64,000 nt of DNA from Chloroflexota bacterium (GCA_026710945.1 JAPOQA010000059.1:21265-85264); one strand, 5' to 3'. Positions 40,674 through 50,393 are shown, counted from the stretch's first letter. Program-made: numbers and translations. The notes: a model not told the origin generated them from the letters alone.

Positions 40674-42035
40674 ATGCTTTCGCGCCGTTCGTTACTCGCA
40701 ACATCGGCGGCGCTTGCCGTGGGCTGCGGGCGCGTCACGCCGCCGGTGTTGGAGCCGGTCCAGCTAAACGTGGCTGCGTACATTGGGTTCGTTACTATTG
40801 AATTGCAGGGAGTGCGGTGCTATGAGGGAGCGTACCAAGATGTGTTAGCGGCGCTAGAGCGAGACACGGAAAGCCCGTTTGACCCAACACGGGGTAGATA
40901 CGAACTGAAATTAAAGTATATTGAGGAATTGTTTCCAGGGGCCGATTGGGAGACGCCGGCTGACGAGGCACTTGACACGGTTGCTGCATTACTCGACGAG
41001 CTTGACGCAGACCTCGTGACCGTGTGGCCGGAGCTCGCGCAGTGGCTGGGGAGGCGCGGCCTCCTGATGCCTTTAGACCAGTTTGGCGGGGCGGATAAAG
41101 AGACTCTTGAGCGGGAGTACTTTCCGGTTGCGCTTGACCGCTATCGAGCCGATGGCGCGCTCTACGCCCTGCCGGTGAGCGTCTCGCCGCTCATGCTCTA
41201 CTACCATGCCGGTCACTTTCTCCGGCAAGGGGTGCCGCCGGTGGACACGGGTTGGGATTGGGACGATCTGGTAAAGCAGGCGACCGCGTTGACAACCTAC
41301 GGAGAAGACGGCGGCATACAGCGATGGGGGTTAGTAGCGCACGGGCACCAAATCAGAACAGACATCTATTGGGCACTATGGCAAAACGGGGCGGAAGCGC
41401 TACACCCAAACACCTTGGCCTGTCGCTTGCAGGAACCGGCAGCCGTTGCGGCTTTGCAGTTTATCCGTGATCTCATGCACACGCATCAGGTTTCACCACC
41501 GGCTTCCGACGTGGAACTCTTAAATGTAACCGAATCCATACCGCCCGCTATGAGGTATTCCTACGCGCACAACCGTCCCGATCCCGCCATCTACCGTATG
41601 GCGGCGCTGCCAGAGGGGCAGGAGTTCGTCGTGCCGGTTCATGACGGCTTTGGCATAGGCATAGCCACCCGCACACCCCGCACGGAGCGCTCGTTTACGG
41701 CTTTGCGGGGACTTATCCACGCTATGCAGCAACGAGTATCGATGCCCGCAAAGAGGGAAGCCGTCGCTGGACTAACGGGCTTTCAGGTAACGCTAAAGCC
41801 TGAGGAAGTTGCGGCAGTCGCGCGTTCGCTGGAGCACGGGCGCCCTTTGCCACAGCATGAACTGCAGGATCTCGCTACGGTCACCGTTGTGGAGTCACTG
41901 GCGCGCGGTGAGGATGTCGCTACCGCAGTTAACAAAGCCTGTGCCATCATCGAAAAGTACGCGGATATTGGTGACTTGACGCCTGCTGTGCCGCTACGTC
42001 CGAATCCATGGGGTAGGTGTGAATCGGTAAGGTGA
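40674..42035 (+). CDS. extracellular solute-binding lipoprotein, SBP family 1-like (paralog 3 of 3)
   Basis: ATG follows an AAGGAG ribosome-binding site. Lipobox LAVGCG. Same domain layout as paralogs 1 and 2. Confidence 0.6.
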   Translation: MLSRRSLLATSAALAVGCGRVTPPVLEPVQLNVAAYIGFVTIELQGVRCYEGAYQDVLAALERDTESPFDPTRGRYELKLKYIEELFPGADWETPADEALDTVAALLDELDADLVTVWPELAQWLGRRGLLMPLDQFGGADKETLEREYFPVALDRYRADGALYALPVSVSPLMLYYHAGHFLRQGVPPVDTGWDWDDLVKQATALTTYGEDGGIQRWGLVAHGHQIRTDIYWALWQNGAEALHPNTLACRLQEPAAVAALQFIRDLMHTHQVSPPASDVELLNVTESIPPAMRYSYAHNRPDPAIYRMAALPEGQEFVVPVHDGFGIGIATRTPRTERSFTALRGLIHAMQQRVSMPAKREAVAGLTGFQVTLKPEEVAAVARSLEHGRPLPQHELQDLATVTVVESLARGEDVATAVNKACAIIEKYADIGDLTPAVPLRPNPWGRCESVR

Positions 42036-42223
42036 CACCTCCGCTCCGGTTGAGTCATAGATTCCGATTGTTCCTGTGCGCACGTGTCCCGGATGGGGGG
42101 CAATCCCCCGCCCTGCGAATTTACCGCCAAGCCGCGCCGGTACCCAGCCGGAATTGCCGGCGTCGAGTCCCGGGCAGGCTGTTTCCCATGGGCTTACGTC
42201 GCTGTAATTAGCCCGCGCCAGCG

Positions 42224-43654
42224 CTACGGCCACTCCGGTCCGATCATGTCCAGGGGCGGCGTGGTGGTGGCGAGTAGGCGTTCGGTGAGCAGGCCGTGGT
42301 ATTCGCGGATGCGGGATTGGGCGGCGGGATCGAGGGCGAGGTTGCGCATTTCGTGGGGGTCTTCCTGCAAGTCGTAGAACTCGCTGCCGTATTCCTGTCC
42401 CCAATAGGCGTACTTATAGCGATTGGTGATAACCGCCGTGCCGCGCGTGACGCGGTCGCCGTGGATGTAGTCGGAGAACGCCATGCCGGGCAGTTTGGCT
42501 GTTCCTTCGATGACGGGTCGCAAGCTGGTGGCGGCCATGGCCTCGGGGACGGGGATACCGGCGTAGTCGAGGATCGTGGGGGCAATTTGAAAGGTCTCCA
42601 CCGCGTCCTCCACCACCGGAATGCGTTCGTGACCGGCGGGTGGAATCACGATGAGCGGCACCCGCGCCGACGGCTCCCAGAACGTGCCCTTGCCGCCGCG
42701 CGACCAATCGCCCATGTGGTCGCCGTGGTCGCTGACGTAGATGATGAGCGTATTGTCCAGCGTACCGGCGTCGGCCAGCGTCTGCACCAACTGGCCCACC
42801 ATGTCGTCGATCATGGTGCAGAGACCCCAGTACTTGGCGATGGCGTTGCGGATGATGCGGTCGTCGGGCTCTTTGGCAAAGCGGCCGCCGCCGTTCTGCA
42901 GGTGCTTGGGCTTATCGCTATCGTCGGCGAGATACGTCACCGGCATGTCCACCTCGGCGGGATCGTACATGCTGGCATACGGTTCCGGCGGGTCCAGGGG
43001 GCCGTGGGGACCGCAAATGCCGCACCAGGCGAAGAACGGCCGGTCGCGGCTCTCGCGCATGAAACCGGCGGTGTTATTGGTGATCCAGGTGTCGATATAG
43101 TCTTCCAGCGGCAGCACGTTCGTGATGGCCGTCATCTCTTTGTACTGCGGCTCGCGCCGCTGGGTGTAAATCTTCTCATAGCCGCCGGGATGCCGCTCTT
43201 CCAGCCAGGCGGCGTAGATGGGCCCCAGGGGCCCGGGCCCCAACGACAGGCCGGATGATTCCGTCCAGCGGGAGCCCTTGCCCTCGGTCAGCACCGTAAA
43301 GCGGAAGCCTTTCGGCGGCCACATGTGGATTTTGCCAAACGCGGCGGTGTAGTAACCTCCCACGTCGTGAAGGTGCTCCATGAAGGTCAACTCATGATGA
43401 GGCAGTCCCGGCGTGCGGTCGATGGGATTCGCCTGAAAGGTGACACCGTGCTGGTGAATGTAACGTCCGGTCTGCAGGCAGGCACGGGCCGGCGTGCAGA
43501 TGGTGTTCTGCGTGTAGGGACGTTCAAAGCGAGTTCCCTGAGCGGCCAGCGCATCGATGTTGGGCGTCTTGACCTTCTTGTTCCCATAGCAGCCAAGCGT
43601 ATCCCAGCGCTGCTGGTCGGTGGTGATAAGTAAGACATTCGGGGCTTGAGCCAT
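42224..43654 (-). CDS. sulfatase (arylsulfatase family, Cys-type/formylglycine)
   Basis: N-terminal LLITTDQQR and CTPARACLQTGRY (C-x-P-x-R) signature. 476 aa. Confidence 0.85.
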   Translation of the reverse strand: MAQAPNVLLITTDQQRWDTLGCYGNKKVKTPNIDALAAQGTRFERPYTQNTICTPARACLQTGRYIHQHGVTFQANPIDRTPGLPHHELTFMEHLHDVGGYYTAAFGKIHMWPPKGFRFTVLTEGKGSRWTESSGLSLGPGPLGPIYAAWLEERHPGGYEKIYTQRREPQYKEMTAITNVLPLEDYIDTWITNNTAGFMRESRDRPFFAWCGICGPHGPLDPPEPYASMYDPAEVDMPVTYLADDSDKPKHLQNGGGRFAKEPDDRIIRNAIAKYWGLCTMIDDMVGQLVQTLADAGTLDNTLIIYVSDHGDHMGDWSRGGKGTFWEPSARVPLIVIPPAGHERIPVVEDAVETFQIAPTILDYAGIPVPEAMAATSLRPVIEGTAKLPGMAFSDYIHGDRVTRGTAVITNRYKYAYWGQEYGSEFYDLQEDPHEMRNLALDPAAQSRIREYHGLLTERLLATTTPPLDMIGPEWP

Positions 43655-43794
43655 AGAGCGCCTCCAGGACGGGGTTTGGATAGCAGCGGATGTGTCTGTA
43701 TTAGGAAGTATAGCCTTTGTGCTGCGCCTTTGAAACGTGCCAACGTTATCCGCGCAGGCCGCGCGTTCGGCAGCGAAGATCCGACAATGCCCGT

Positions 43795-43900
43795 TTACCC
43801 TTCGACAGGCTCAAGGCGAACGAATGCAGCATCTCTCGCTGGCCACCGTTCGTACTTCGTTTGTGCAGCAAGTTCAGGACGGACAGCCTCGGGACGAACG
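43795..43900. repeat. ~110-bp repeat unit (ACCCTTCGACAGGCTCA(A/G)GGCGAACGGA...) - single copy on one side of the alcohol dehydrogenase gene
   Basis: Matches the units of the triplicated array at 45080..45425 on the other side of the gene. Confidence 0.7.
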
Positions 43901-43952
43901 GATCGATTTCCACGGTTAAGAGTGTGTAGGGCTTTGGACAACTATTCTGCCG

Positions 43953-45008
43953 TTATGCGTATTCCAATGCTACGCCAAGGGCTTCCGCGGGCAGATTGAT
44001 GGCGACTTCCGCTGCTTCCGGCGCTTGGTCGAATGGGAAGCGGTGGGTGAGCAGCGGGTCCACGCGCACCTTGCCGGTCGCTTGCAGGGCGAGGAGGGCT
44101 TGGAGGTTCTGCTCCTGGTCCCAGCGCACAAAGCGGTCCGGGTAGTCCGTCTCGCCGCGCAGGTAGTCCCGTTCGCGGCTGCCGGGGCCGCGTCCGTTCA
44201 CCCAGTGGATGTTGATTTCCTTCGTGTGGGGGTCGGCGTCCGGGTGGGTGGGGGTGAAGTCCCACATCACGCGGCCGATAAACAGCAGCCGGCCGCCCTC
44301 CCGCACCAAGCGCACGGCCAAAGACGCCGGACCGCGGATGCGGGCCGAGGTTGCCACGAAGACGGCGTCCGCGCCCCTGCCTGCGGTGAATTCATCCACT
44401 GCAGCAGCCACTTCGTCGTCGGTGCCGCTCGCCGTGGCCGCCGCGCCAAGTTCACGGGCTTTCGCCAAACGGTATTCGTGCAGGTCCACGCCAATGACCT
44501 GTCCGCCCACCATGCCGACGAGCTGCGCCGTGATCTGCCCCACCATGCCGAGACCGAGCACCACCGCCGTCTCGCCCGGCTGTAGCACCGCGCGGCGCAT
44601 GGCGTGAAATGCCGTGAGGCCCACGTTCGTGGTCGCGGCTTCCAGTGGCGACAGACCGTCCGGAATCTTGGCAAATGAATGCTTCCACACGAAGCCCTGC
44701 TCGGCGTGAAAGCCGAACCCGCCGCCTGCCGCCGCCACCAAGTCGCCCGGCTGGAAGCGGTCCTGCAAGTCAGGCGACACCTGCAGAATCTCTCCGGCTG
44801 ATTGATAGCTGTGGGCCTTTTCTGAAAACGCACCGGGGTCTTGGCCCTCCGCCAGCGCCTTTCTCCGACGTCCCACGCCCGCCATTTCGGAACCGGCCCC
44901 AAAGACCGACGCCATCGTCCGAATGACCACGCCGGAGCCCTGCAACGTGGGCTCGGGGACTTCTTTGAGGTACACTTCGCCGCGATTGTTCGAGTAAAGA
45001 GCGCGCAT
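43953..45008 (-). CDS. Zn-dependent medium-chain alcohol dehydrogenase family protein
   Basis: GLGMVGQ...GxDxxxxRL Rossmann motif and MDR-family layout. Start taken at MRALYSNN; the ORF-track upstream extension at 45065 runs into a repeat. Confidence 0.75.
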   Translation of the reverse strand: MRALYSNNRGEVYLKEVPEPTLQGSGVVIRTMASVFGAGSEMAGVGRRRKALAEGQDPGAFSEKAHSYQSAGEILQVSPDLQDRFQPGDLVAAAGGGFGFHAEQGFVWKHSFAKIPDGLSPLEAATTNVGLTAFHAMRRAVLQPGETAVVLGLGMVGQITAQLVGMVGGQVIGVDLHEYRLAKARELGAAATASGTDDEVAAAVDEFTAGRGADAVFVATSARIRGPASLAVRLVREGGRLLFIGRVMWDFTPTHPDADPHTKEINIHWVNGRGPGSRERDYLRGETDYPDRFVRWDQEQNLQALLALQATGKVRVDPLLTHRFPFDQAPEAAEVAINLPAEALGVALEYA

Positions 45009-45079
45009 TGTGACTTTCCTTGAGTAGTGTCCGGCCTTTTGGTATGACGGTTGCAATGCAATCATTGTACACAGTCATC

Positions 45080-45425
45080 CGTTCACCCTTCGACAGGCTC
45101 AGGGCGAACGGAACTGCTTCCAGCTTGCCCTCACGCCGTTCGTGCTAAGCTTGGCGAAGTACGTCCGGATTTGCTCCCACTTCGCCTTCACGCCTCTCAC
45201 CCTTCGACAAGCTCAGGGCGAACGGAACTGCTTCCAGCTTGCCTTCGCACCGTTCGTGCTGTGATTGTCGAAGTACACTCAGAATCACTCCCACTTCGCC
45301 TTCACGCCTCTTACCCTTCGACAGGCTCAGGGCGAACGGAATTCCCTCCAATTTGCCTTCGCACCGTTCGTGCTGAGCACTTCGATAAGCTCAGTACAGG
45401 CCTGTCGAAGTACGATCGGCGGAAG
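45080..45425. repeat. three tandem ~115-bp repeat units (same family as 43795..43900)
   Basis: Units start at about 45082, 45197 and 45312. Each contains GGCGAACGG ... CCGTTCGTGCT inverted segments (hairpin-forming). Confidence 0.8.
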
Positions 45426-45550
45426 CGTCTCTCCATGCCAAGCACAGAGCACGTCCAGCATGTTTCAATCGCAAGAGCTACCCAGGTGCACCCGTGGTCT
45501 CTTTCTCGCAAAGTGGACGGTCAACATTTTTTCCAAGCGTAATCGAGCAC

Positions 45551-47296
45551 CTATTGCGGTATCACCGGCAGTGTCACGTGCGACGGCCGGCTGTGATCGT
45601 GAAAGATCGTTTGACGCGCGGTAACCAGCGTCCCGTCGGCGTAGTCGTCCAGGCCCGTGTTGTGGTTGCGGTCGAAGTTGGGAAAGTCGCTGCTGGAGAT
45701 GTCGATACGCAGGCGGTGACCGGCCCTGAAGAGGTTGCTCGTTGGATTCACATGGATCGTGTACTTGTAGACGCCATTCGGTTCGATAAGCGTGGGTTCC
45801 GTGTAGGAATCCCGGTAGCGGGCGCGGACGATGCCGTGGCAGAGCTCTTGCGCAAAACCATCCGGCCACACGTCGATCAGCTTGACCACAAAGTCGGTAT
45901 CGCAGGCAGATGATGCCGCCCACAGCGTGACCGTGATCGGCCCGGTGACCTCCAGCGGTGTCTCGAGCGGCGGCGTGGCGAAAGTGAGAATATCCTGCCG
46001 GTGCGCCAACGCGCTTTGGTCGTGGGGCTCCTGCTGGCCGGGACCGGAATAGAGGGTCATCACAGGATCGCGCGGATCGTACAGAAACTCATCCGGCGGC
46101 TCGTCCGTGGGCGCTGCCCGCGAAAGCACGCCGTCACCAGCAGGCGTGTTGGCGCTGCCGCCGCTGTGGAGATAGAAGTCCGTGTACTGCGTCCGCGCCA
46201 GCGGCCATTCGTTCTCGCCCCGCCAGTGGTTCGCGCCCATCACGAAGAGCTGGATCGGCGGCCAATTTTCGATGCCGCCGGGGTCGTCCTTGAGCCAGGC
46301 GCGGAACCAGGCATCGGAAATTGCGTAGTAGTCGCGCACCGCCTTCGGGCCGAAGTCTACCGAACCCACCGTACGTTGAAGATCCACGGCGGTGTGCGTC
46401 CACGGGCCGACGATGAGCTTTTGGTTCGCGCGCGCATGTTGGGTCATGCCATTGGCCGTCATGCCGGTAAAGTGCTTGATGGTGCCGATCTGCTGGTCGT
46501 ACCAGCCGGTAACGCTGAGCACCGGCACGTTCACATCCTGGTGCTTCTGCAAGAAGCCGAAGTGGTCGAGCGTGTGGTCTTCCAGCCAGTAACGAAAGTG
46601 CGGCGCGACATCTGACAGAACGTGGTCAGGTATGTCCAACAACGGCAGGAACCACAGCCACTTGGAGCGGTCCTGTTCTTCCCAGATGCGCTGGGCCTCC
46701 TCAGTGGTGATGGGCCCATCGGTTTTTCTTGCGCGCAGTCGCAAGTCCGGCGCCAGCGTATTGACGGACCACCACAGCACACGCCCAAGTCGCAGCACAG
46801 CGGAGAGCTCGCGGTCAAGCAAGTTGGCGGCAATACCGCTGGCGTACATGGTCTTGAGACTTGGCGGTCGGGTGGGGGCAAGTTCCCACTGCGTCCAGCC
46901 GTTGTACGAGTTGCCAAAGGTACCGACCTTGCCGGTGGAACCCGGCAGCCGCGCCGCCCACTCCACGGTATCGTAGCCGTCCGCGGCGTCATAGGTGTCG
47001 CCGCGATAGAAACCGGGGCGAAACTCGCCAGCGGAAGCGTACCGCCCCCGCACGTCCTGCACCACGGCGATATACCCACGCGCGGCAAGCCCTTCGCTGA
47101 GACCGTGTGGGCTCTTATTGTACGGCGTGCGGCACAGCAGCACGGGATACGCGCCGGGCGCTTCAGGACGATACACGTCGGCGCGCAAAATCGTCCCGTC
47201 CCGCATAGGTACGGGGACATTTTCCTCTCGCGTCACGTCGAATGTGCGGTCAGTTTGTGCCATTTGATCTTCTGAATTCTCGAGGAAACCTGCCAC
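45551..47296 (-). CDS. CocE/NonD-family (S15, X-Pro dipeptidyl-peptidase-like) alpha/beta hydrolase
   Basis: N-terminal VPMRDGTILRADVYRP...PVLLCRTPYNKS signature of CocE/NonD hydrolases. 570-581 aa depending on start. Confidence 0.75.
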   Translation of the reverse strand: MAGFLENSEDQMAQTDRTFDVTREENVPVPMRDGTILRADVYRPEAPGAYPVLLCRTPYNKSPHGLSEGLAARGYIAVVQDVRGRYASAGEFRPGFYRGDTYDAADGYDTVEWAARLPGSTGKVGTFGNSYNGWTQWELAPTRPPSLKTMYASGIAANLLDRELSAVLRLGRVLWWSVNTLAPDLRLRARKTDGPITTEEAQRIWEEQDRSKWLWFLPLLDIPDHVLSDVAPHFRYWLEDHTLDHFGFLQKHQDVNVPVLSVTGWYDQQIGTIKHFTGMTANGMTQHARANQKLIVGPWTHTAVDLQRTVGSVDFGPKAVRDYYAISDAWFRAWLKDDPGGIENWPPIQLFVMGANHWRGENEWPLARTQYTDFYLHSGGSANTPAGDGVLSRAAPTDEPPDEFLYDPRDPVMTLYSGPGQQEPHDQSALAHRQDILTFATPPLETPLEVTGPITVTLWAASSACDTDFVVKLIDVWPDGFAQELCHGIVRARYRDSYTEPTLIEPNGVYKYTIHVNPTSNLFRAGHRLRIDISSSDFPNFDRNHNTGLDDYADGTLVTARQTIFHDHSRPSHVTLPVIPQ

Positions 47297-47334
47297 TCAA
47301 CCCATTGCGGGTATGGCTTTGGCCCATTTGCTCC

Positions 47335-47520
47335 GGTAGCGCAGACTTGCAACCTGCGCCTTCTTCCGTCATTCCGGCGAACGCCGGAATCCAGTTCTCC
47401 GCGAAACGGCCTCAGTGTCTCGGACAGCATTCAATCGGTAGAGCTCTTGGATCGGATAGTGCACTGACTTGACCATTCCTGTCATTCCGAGCGCAGCGAG
47501 GAATCTAGAGTACTATGCAC
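47335..47520. repeat. composite repeat block (GGTAGCGCAGACTTGCAACCTGCGCC; GTCATTCCGGCGAACGCCGGAATCC; GTCATTCCGAGCGCAGCGAGGAATC)
   Basis: Members of at least two dispersed families abutting the lower-GC islet 47520..49100. Confidence 0.7.
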
Positions 47521-47559
47521 AAGAGATTGGATACCGAGATTCTCAAACTTCCCAATCAC

Positions 47560-47847
47560 TTAGTACATTGCACGAGGCATGATGTCTGCGACAGACTCAC
47601 TGGTAAGCCGCATATAAAGCGCATCGGGGCAAAGCTCGATGTCTTCTCTCCGAGCGACTCCACCAGCCGGCGTAACATGCAACGCCTCGAAGATCGAGCG
47701 GCTCGACCATTCCTTGAATACACCACGTCCGGCCAAGTCCGAAAGATCGATCTCACCGGCAGCCCCATCTGAGAAACGAATCCAAATACAGTACCTCTCG
47801 AGTGCCTTTACTGCAGTTGGCCTAACTAGCAACTTTGACGGAAGCAT
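47560..47847 (-). CDS. DUF2442-family small protein
   Basis: IWIRFSDGAAGEIDLSDL...F..L.....F..V...AGGV.......DIELCPDALY matches the DUF2442 consensus. 45 bp downstream of, and co-oriented with, the nuclease-domain gene. Lower-GC islet. Confidence 0.5.
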   Translation of the reverse strand: MLPSKLLVRPTAVKALERYCIWIRFSDGAAGEIDLSDLAGRGVFKEWSSRSIFEALHVTPAGGVARREDIELCPDALYMRLTSESVADIMPRAMY

Positions 47848-47892
47848 AACCCTGCTCCCAAGCTTATCAATGCTGAACAGCAGCTATTTCTT

Positions 47893-49068
47893 TTAGGGTC
47901 CTTTTATTGAATTCTCAATTCGAGAAACCTCAGCCCGGATTCTGTCCGCATGGCTGAAGAGATCGTCTAAGTCTGCCAAGCGAATTCGCTCCTCCGACCT
48001 GTTCTCGTCAAACAAAACGATTCTAAGGGTCGACGTTCTCAGGAGCAGTCTGCAAACGGTCTTTCGATTGTTGTCGTCAAGGAGCACACCACAATAGTAC
48101 TTCGTAGATCGGAGCCCTAGGCGTCGAACATCAACCACATCACGCAAGACAGCCTTGATTAAATTGAGAGCATCTACTTCAAGCGAGGTGTATTCCGGTT
48201 CATCTACTGAATCGGAAGCGGGTGGGACTTCTTCCTCCTGTAGCTTTTGGTCTTCCTGCTCTCCCTGTTTCAAGGCAGACTTCAAGCGATCGCTAATTCG
48301 ATCGTTTATGTATTGCCCAAACGCGTGTCGGACAAGAGGGCCAAATTGCTCTCGAATGGCCTGGGTTGCCAGACCTTCGTATACTCGCTTCACAACAAAG
48401 TAAACGAATTCATCGGACGGATTCTCAAGTTCACGGGAGATTAACCGCTTGATTTCTGTCGTATACTTCAGTTCCCTGGCAGCATCAATGATCTCATCTA
48501 AATTGAAGGCTGCTTTTGTGAATCGCTTTAGCTCCTCTACCTCCCCCTCGGTAAAGTCGAGCATATTGAACTCGAAGAAGGGCTTCTTGTCCATGACGTT
48601 GGGTTGGTCAAGGTCAGCGAAGAACCGATACACGACTCCATCAGTGAGAATGCCGAATCGGGCGTCAGTTACCGTGAAGTAGCGAATGAGTTGGGAAATC
48701 TCTGCTTCATCGAGGTTATTGCCGAATATCTTGCACTCAATTAGAATTGCGGGCTTGCCGTCTTGCATGAGGGCGTAGTCGACCTTTTCGCCCTTCTTCG
48801 AACCCACGTCTGCTGTGAATTCCGGTACAACCTCAGTTGGATCGAAGATTGAATAGCCCATCATCTGTAAGAACGGTAGAACGAGTGCGTTTTTGGTAGC
48901 CTCTTCGGTGTCAAGGTGATCGGTTCGCTCGGCAAACCTGCTTGAGCGTGTGCGTACTTCGTCGATGAAGTCCATGTATAGTGCGTCCTTGCTGATCGCC
49001 TCGTGATTTTTTGTACTTAACTTCGTTGTGACATAGAAGCAGAGAACCTCACGGACCCTTCTCTTCAA
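47893..49068 (-). CDS. HsdR-N-type restriction-endonuclease-like (PD-(D/E)xK) domain protein with about 200-aa C-terminal region of unknown function
   Basis: TEEATKNALVLPFLQMMGY...KVDYAL...AILIECK...ILTDGVVYRFF reproduces the type I R-subunit N-terminal nuclease-like domain (D...E-x-K). ORF-track start is TTG; a better start is ATG 48975 (AAGGA upstream). Region is about 50% GC. Confidence 0.55.
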   Translation of the reverse strand: MKRRVREVLCFYVTTKLSTKNHEAISKDALYMDFIDEVRTRSSRFAERTDHLDTEEATKNALVLPFLQMMGYSIFDPTEVVPEFTADVGSKKGEKVDYALMQDGKPAILIECKIFGNNLDEAEISQLIRYFTVTDARFGILTDGVVYRFFADLDQPNVMDKKPFFEFNMLDFTEGEVEELKRFTKAAFNLDEIIDAARELKYTTEIKRLISRELENPSDEFVYFVVKRVYEGLATQAIREQFGPLVRHAFGQYINDRISDRLKSALKQGEQEDQKLQEEEVPPASDSVDEPEYTSLEVDALNLIKAVLRDVVDVRRLGLRSTKYYCGVLLDDNNRKTVCRLLLRTSTLRIVLFDENRSEERIRLADLDDLFSHADRIRAEVSRIENSIKGP

Positions 49069-49199
49069 ACTTCATAATAGTCAAACGCTTACAGAGGGTC
49101 AAAGCACTTTTGACGCTACTGCCCGGACAGCTCTTGGATGCGCCAGAGGATCCAGGAGAACCCCATCCATTGGGGCCTCAATCTAGTAGCAGGGACACT

Positions 49200-50393
49200 T
49201 CAAACAATCTCCACCACCGGTGGGGTGATGAAGTCGTGGTACCGCTCTTTCACTCCGGCTTCTTGGGTATTGCCGGTGTGCAGGTAGACGCGGAATGTGC
49301 AGCGCAGGCGCGCGCCTTCCGGCAGGACGTAGCTGCCGTCCACGCCGGGGTGACCCAGAAACTCCCGCCAGGCGAAGCAATTCGCGTGCATCAGGCCGTA
49401 GTTGCGCACGTGCCAGTAGGTAGGGTAGCGGAAGCTGGTCGGGTGGTCGAACACCGCCAGGCCCACTGTCGTGCCGTCCACCGGCCCCACGTAGTCCATC
49501 CACTGGGCGCGGAAGCCGAAGCACTCGTCCTCGCCCCTGCCGCCGTACGCGTTCTCGATCGCGCCGCCGGCGTCCGCGTCCATGCTGCTGGCAACCCGCA
49601 CCGAGAGCATGGCGCCTTCCTTCGTATCGCCGAAGCGCACGGGGCCTTCCGTGGCGTGCAGGGTCACCGCGATGTCCATGATGCGCGCGTCCCGCGCGGG
49701 GGCATACACCACCACCTGCTTCTCTTCCGTCACCACCGGCTGCTCGTTGCGACTCACCCACCGGCTGCGCGAGCGAAACGCGCCGCACACCGGCCCGCTC
49801 ACATAAGCGCTCCCCGCACCGAAAGCCGGGGCAAAGTCCGCGTGGCGCTGGTAGCCGTGGTCGTCCAGCTCGCTCCAGAGGTCCACGCCGTTCACGTCGC
49901 CGTGGGCCACGTGGATCGACTTGTGATGCGGGTGGTCGTGCTTCTCGCCCGGCGCGTCGGGCACCATCGGATAGCCCCGCGTCATGCCCGCGCCGGTGGG
50001 GCCGATCACGGGGTAGAGGAATTGCTTGTTATGCTGCGCGGCGTGGTGATAGGTGGTGAAGAGTTCGCCGCCCAGGTGCACGTCCAGGCCGTATGCACCG
50101 TTAGCAACGGTTACGCCCTCGTCATTCCCGCTTTCACGGGAATCCAGACTGTCCTTCCCGCTTTCCTCCAGCGTGAATGTTTCACTAGCGTGCGCAGCTA
50201 GCTCCGGCAGCAGCCAGACCAAGCGCACGCCGTCCGCCGTCTCCACCGCCTGCGCGGGCAGCGCCGCCTTGCTCTCAGCAGACACCACCACGTAGGCCCG
50301 CGCCGGATCAAGCCCCGCGCCGCTCACCCAAACCGGACAATGCCGCCGCGTGTGATTACCGGCGTGGACTATGTACCGCATGCGTGCCATCAA
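49200..50393 (-). CDS. PmoA-family (DUF6807) protein
   Basis: HHKSIHVAHGDVNGVDLW and overall composition resemble the methane-oxygenase-PmoA-like family of soluble proteins. N-terminal start uncertain. Antisense 363-aa ORF discarded. Confidence 0.45.
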   Translation of the reverse strand: MMARMRYIVHAGNHTRRHCPVWVSGAGLDPARAYVVVSAESKAALPAQAVETADGVRLVWLLPELAAHASETFTLEESGKDSLDSRESGNDEGVTVANGAYGLDVHLGGELFTTYHHAAQHNKQFLYPVIGPTGAGMTRGYPMVPDAPGEKHDHPHHKSIHVAHGDVNGVDLWSELDDHGYQRHADFAPAFGAGSAYVSGPVCGAFRSRSRWVSRNEQPVVTEEKQVVVYAPARDARIMDIAVTLHATEGPVRFGDTKEGAMLSVRVASSMDADAGGAIENAYGGRGEDECFGFRAQWMDYVGPVDGTTVGLAVFDHPTSFRYPTYWHVRNYGLMHANCFAWREFLGHPGVDGSYVLPEGARLRCTFRVYLHTGNTQEAGVKERYHDFITPPVVEIV

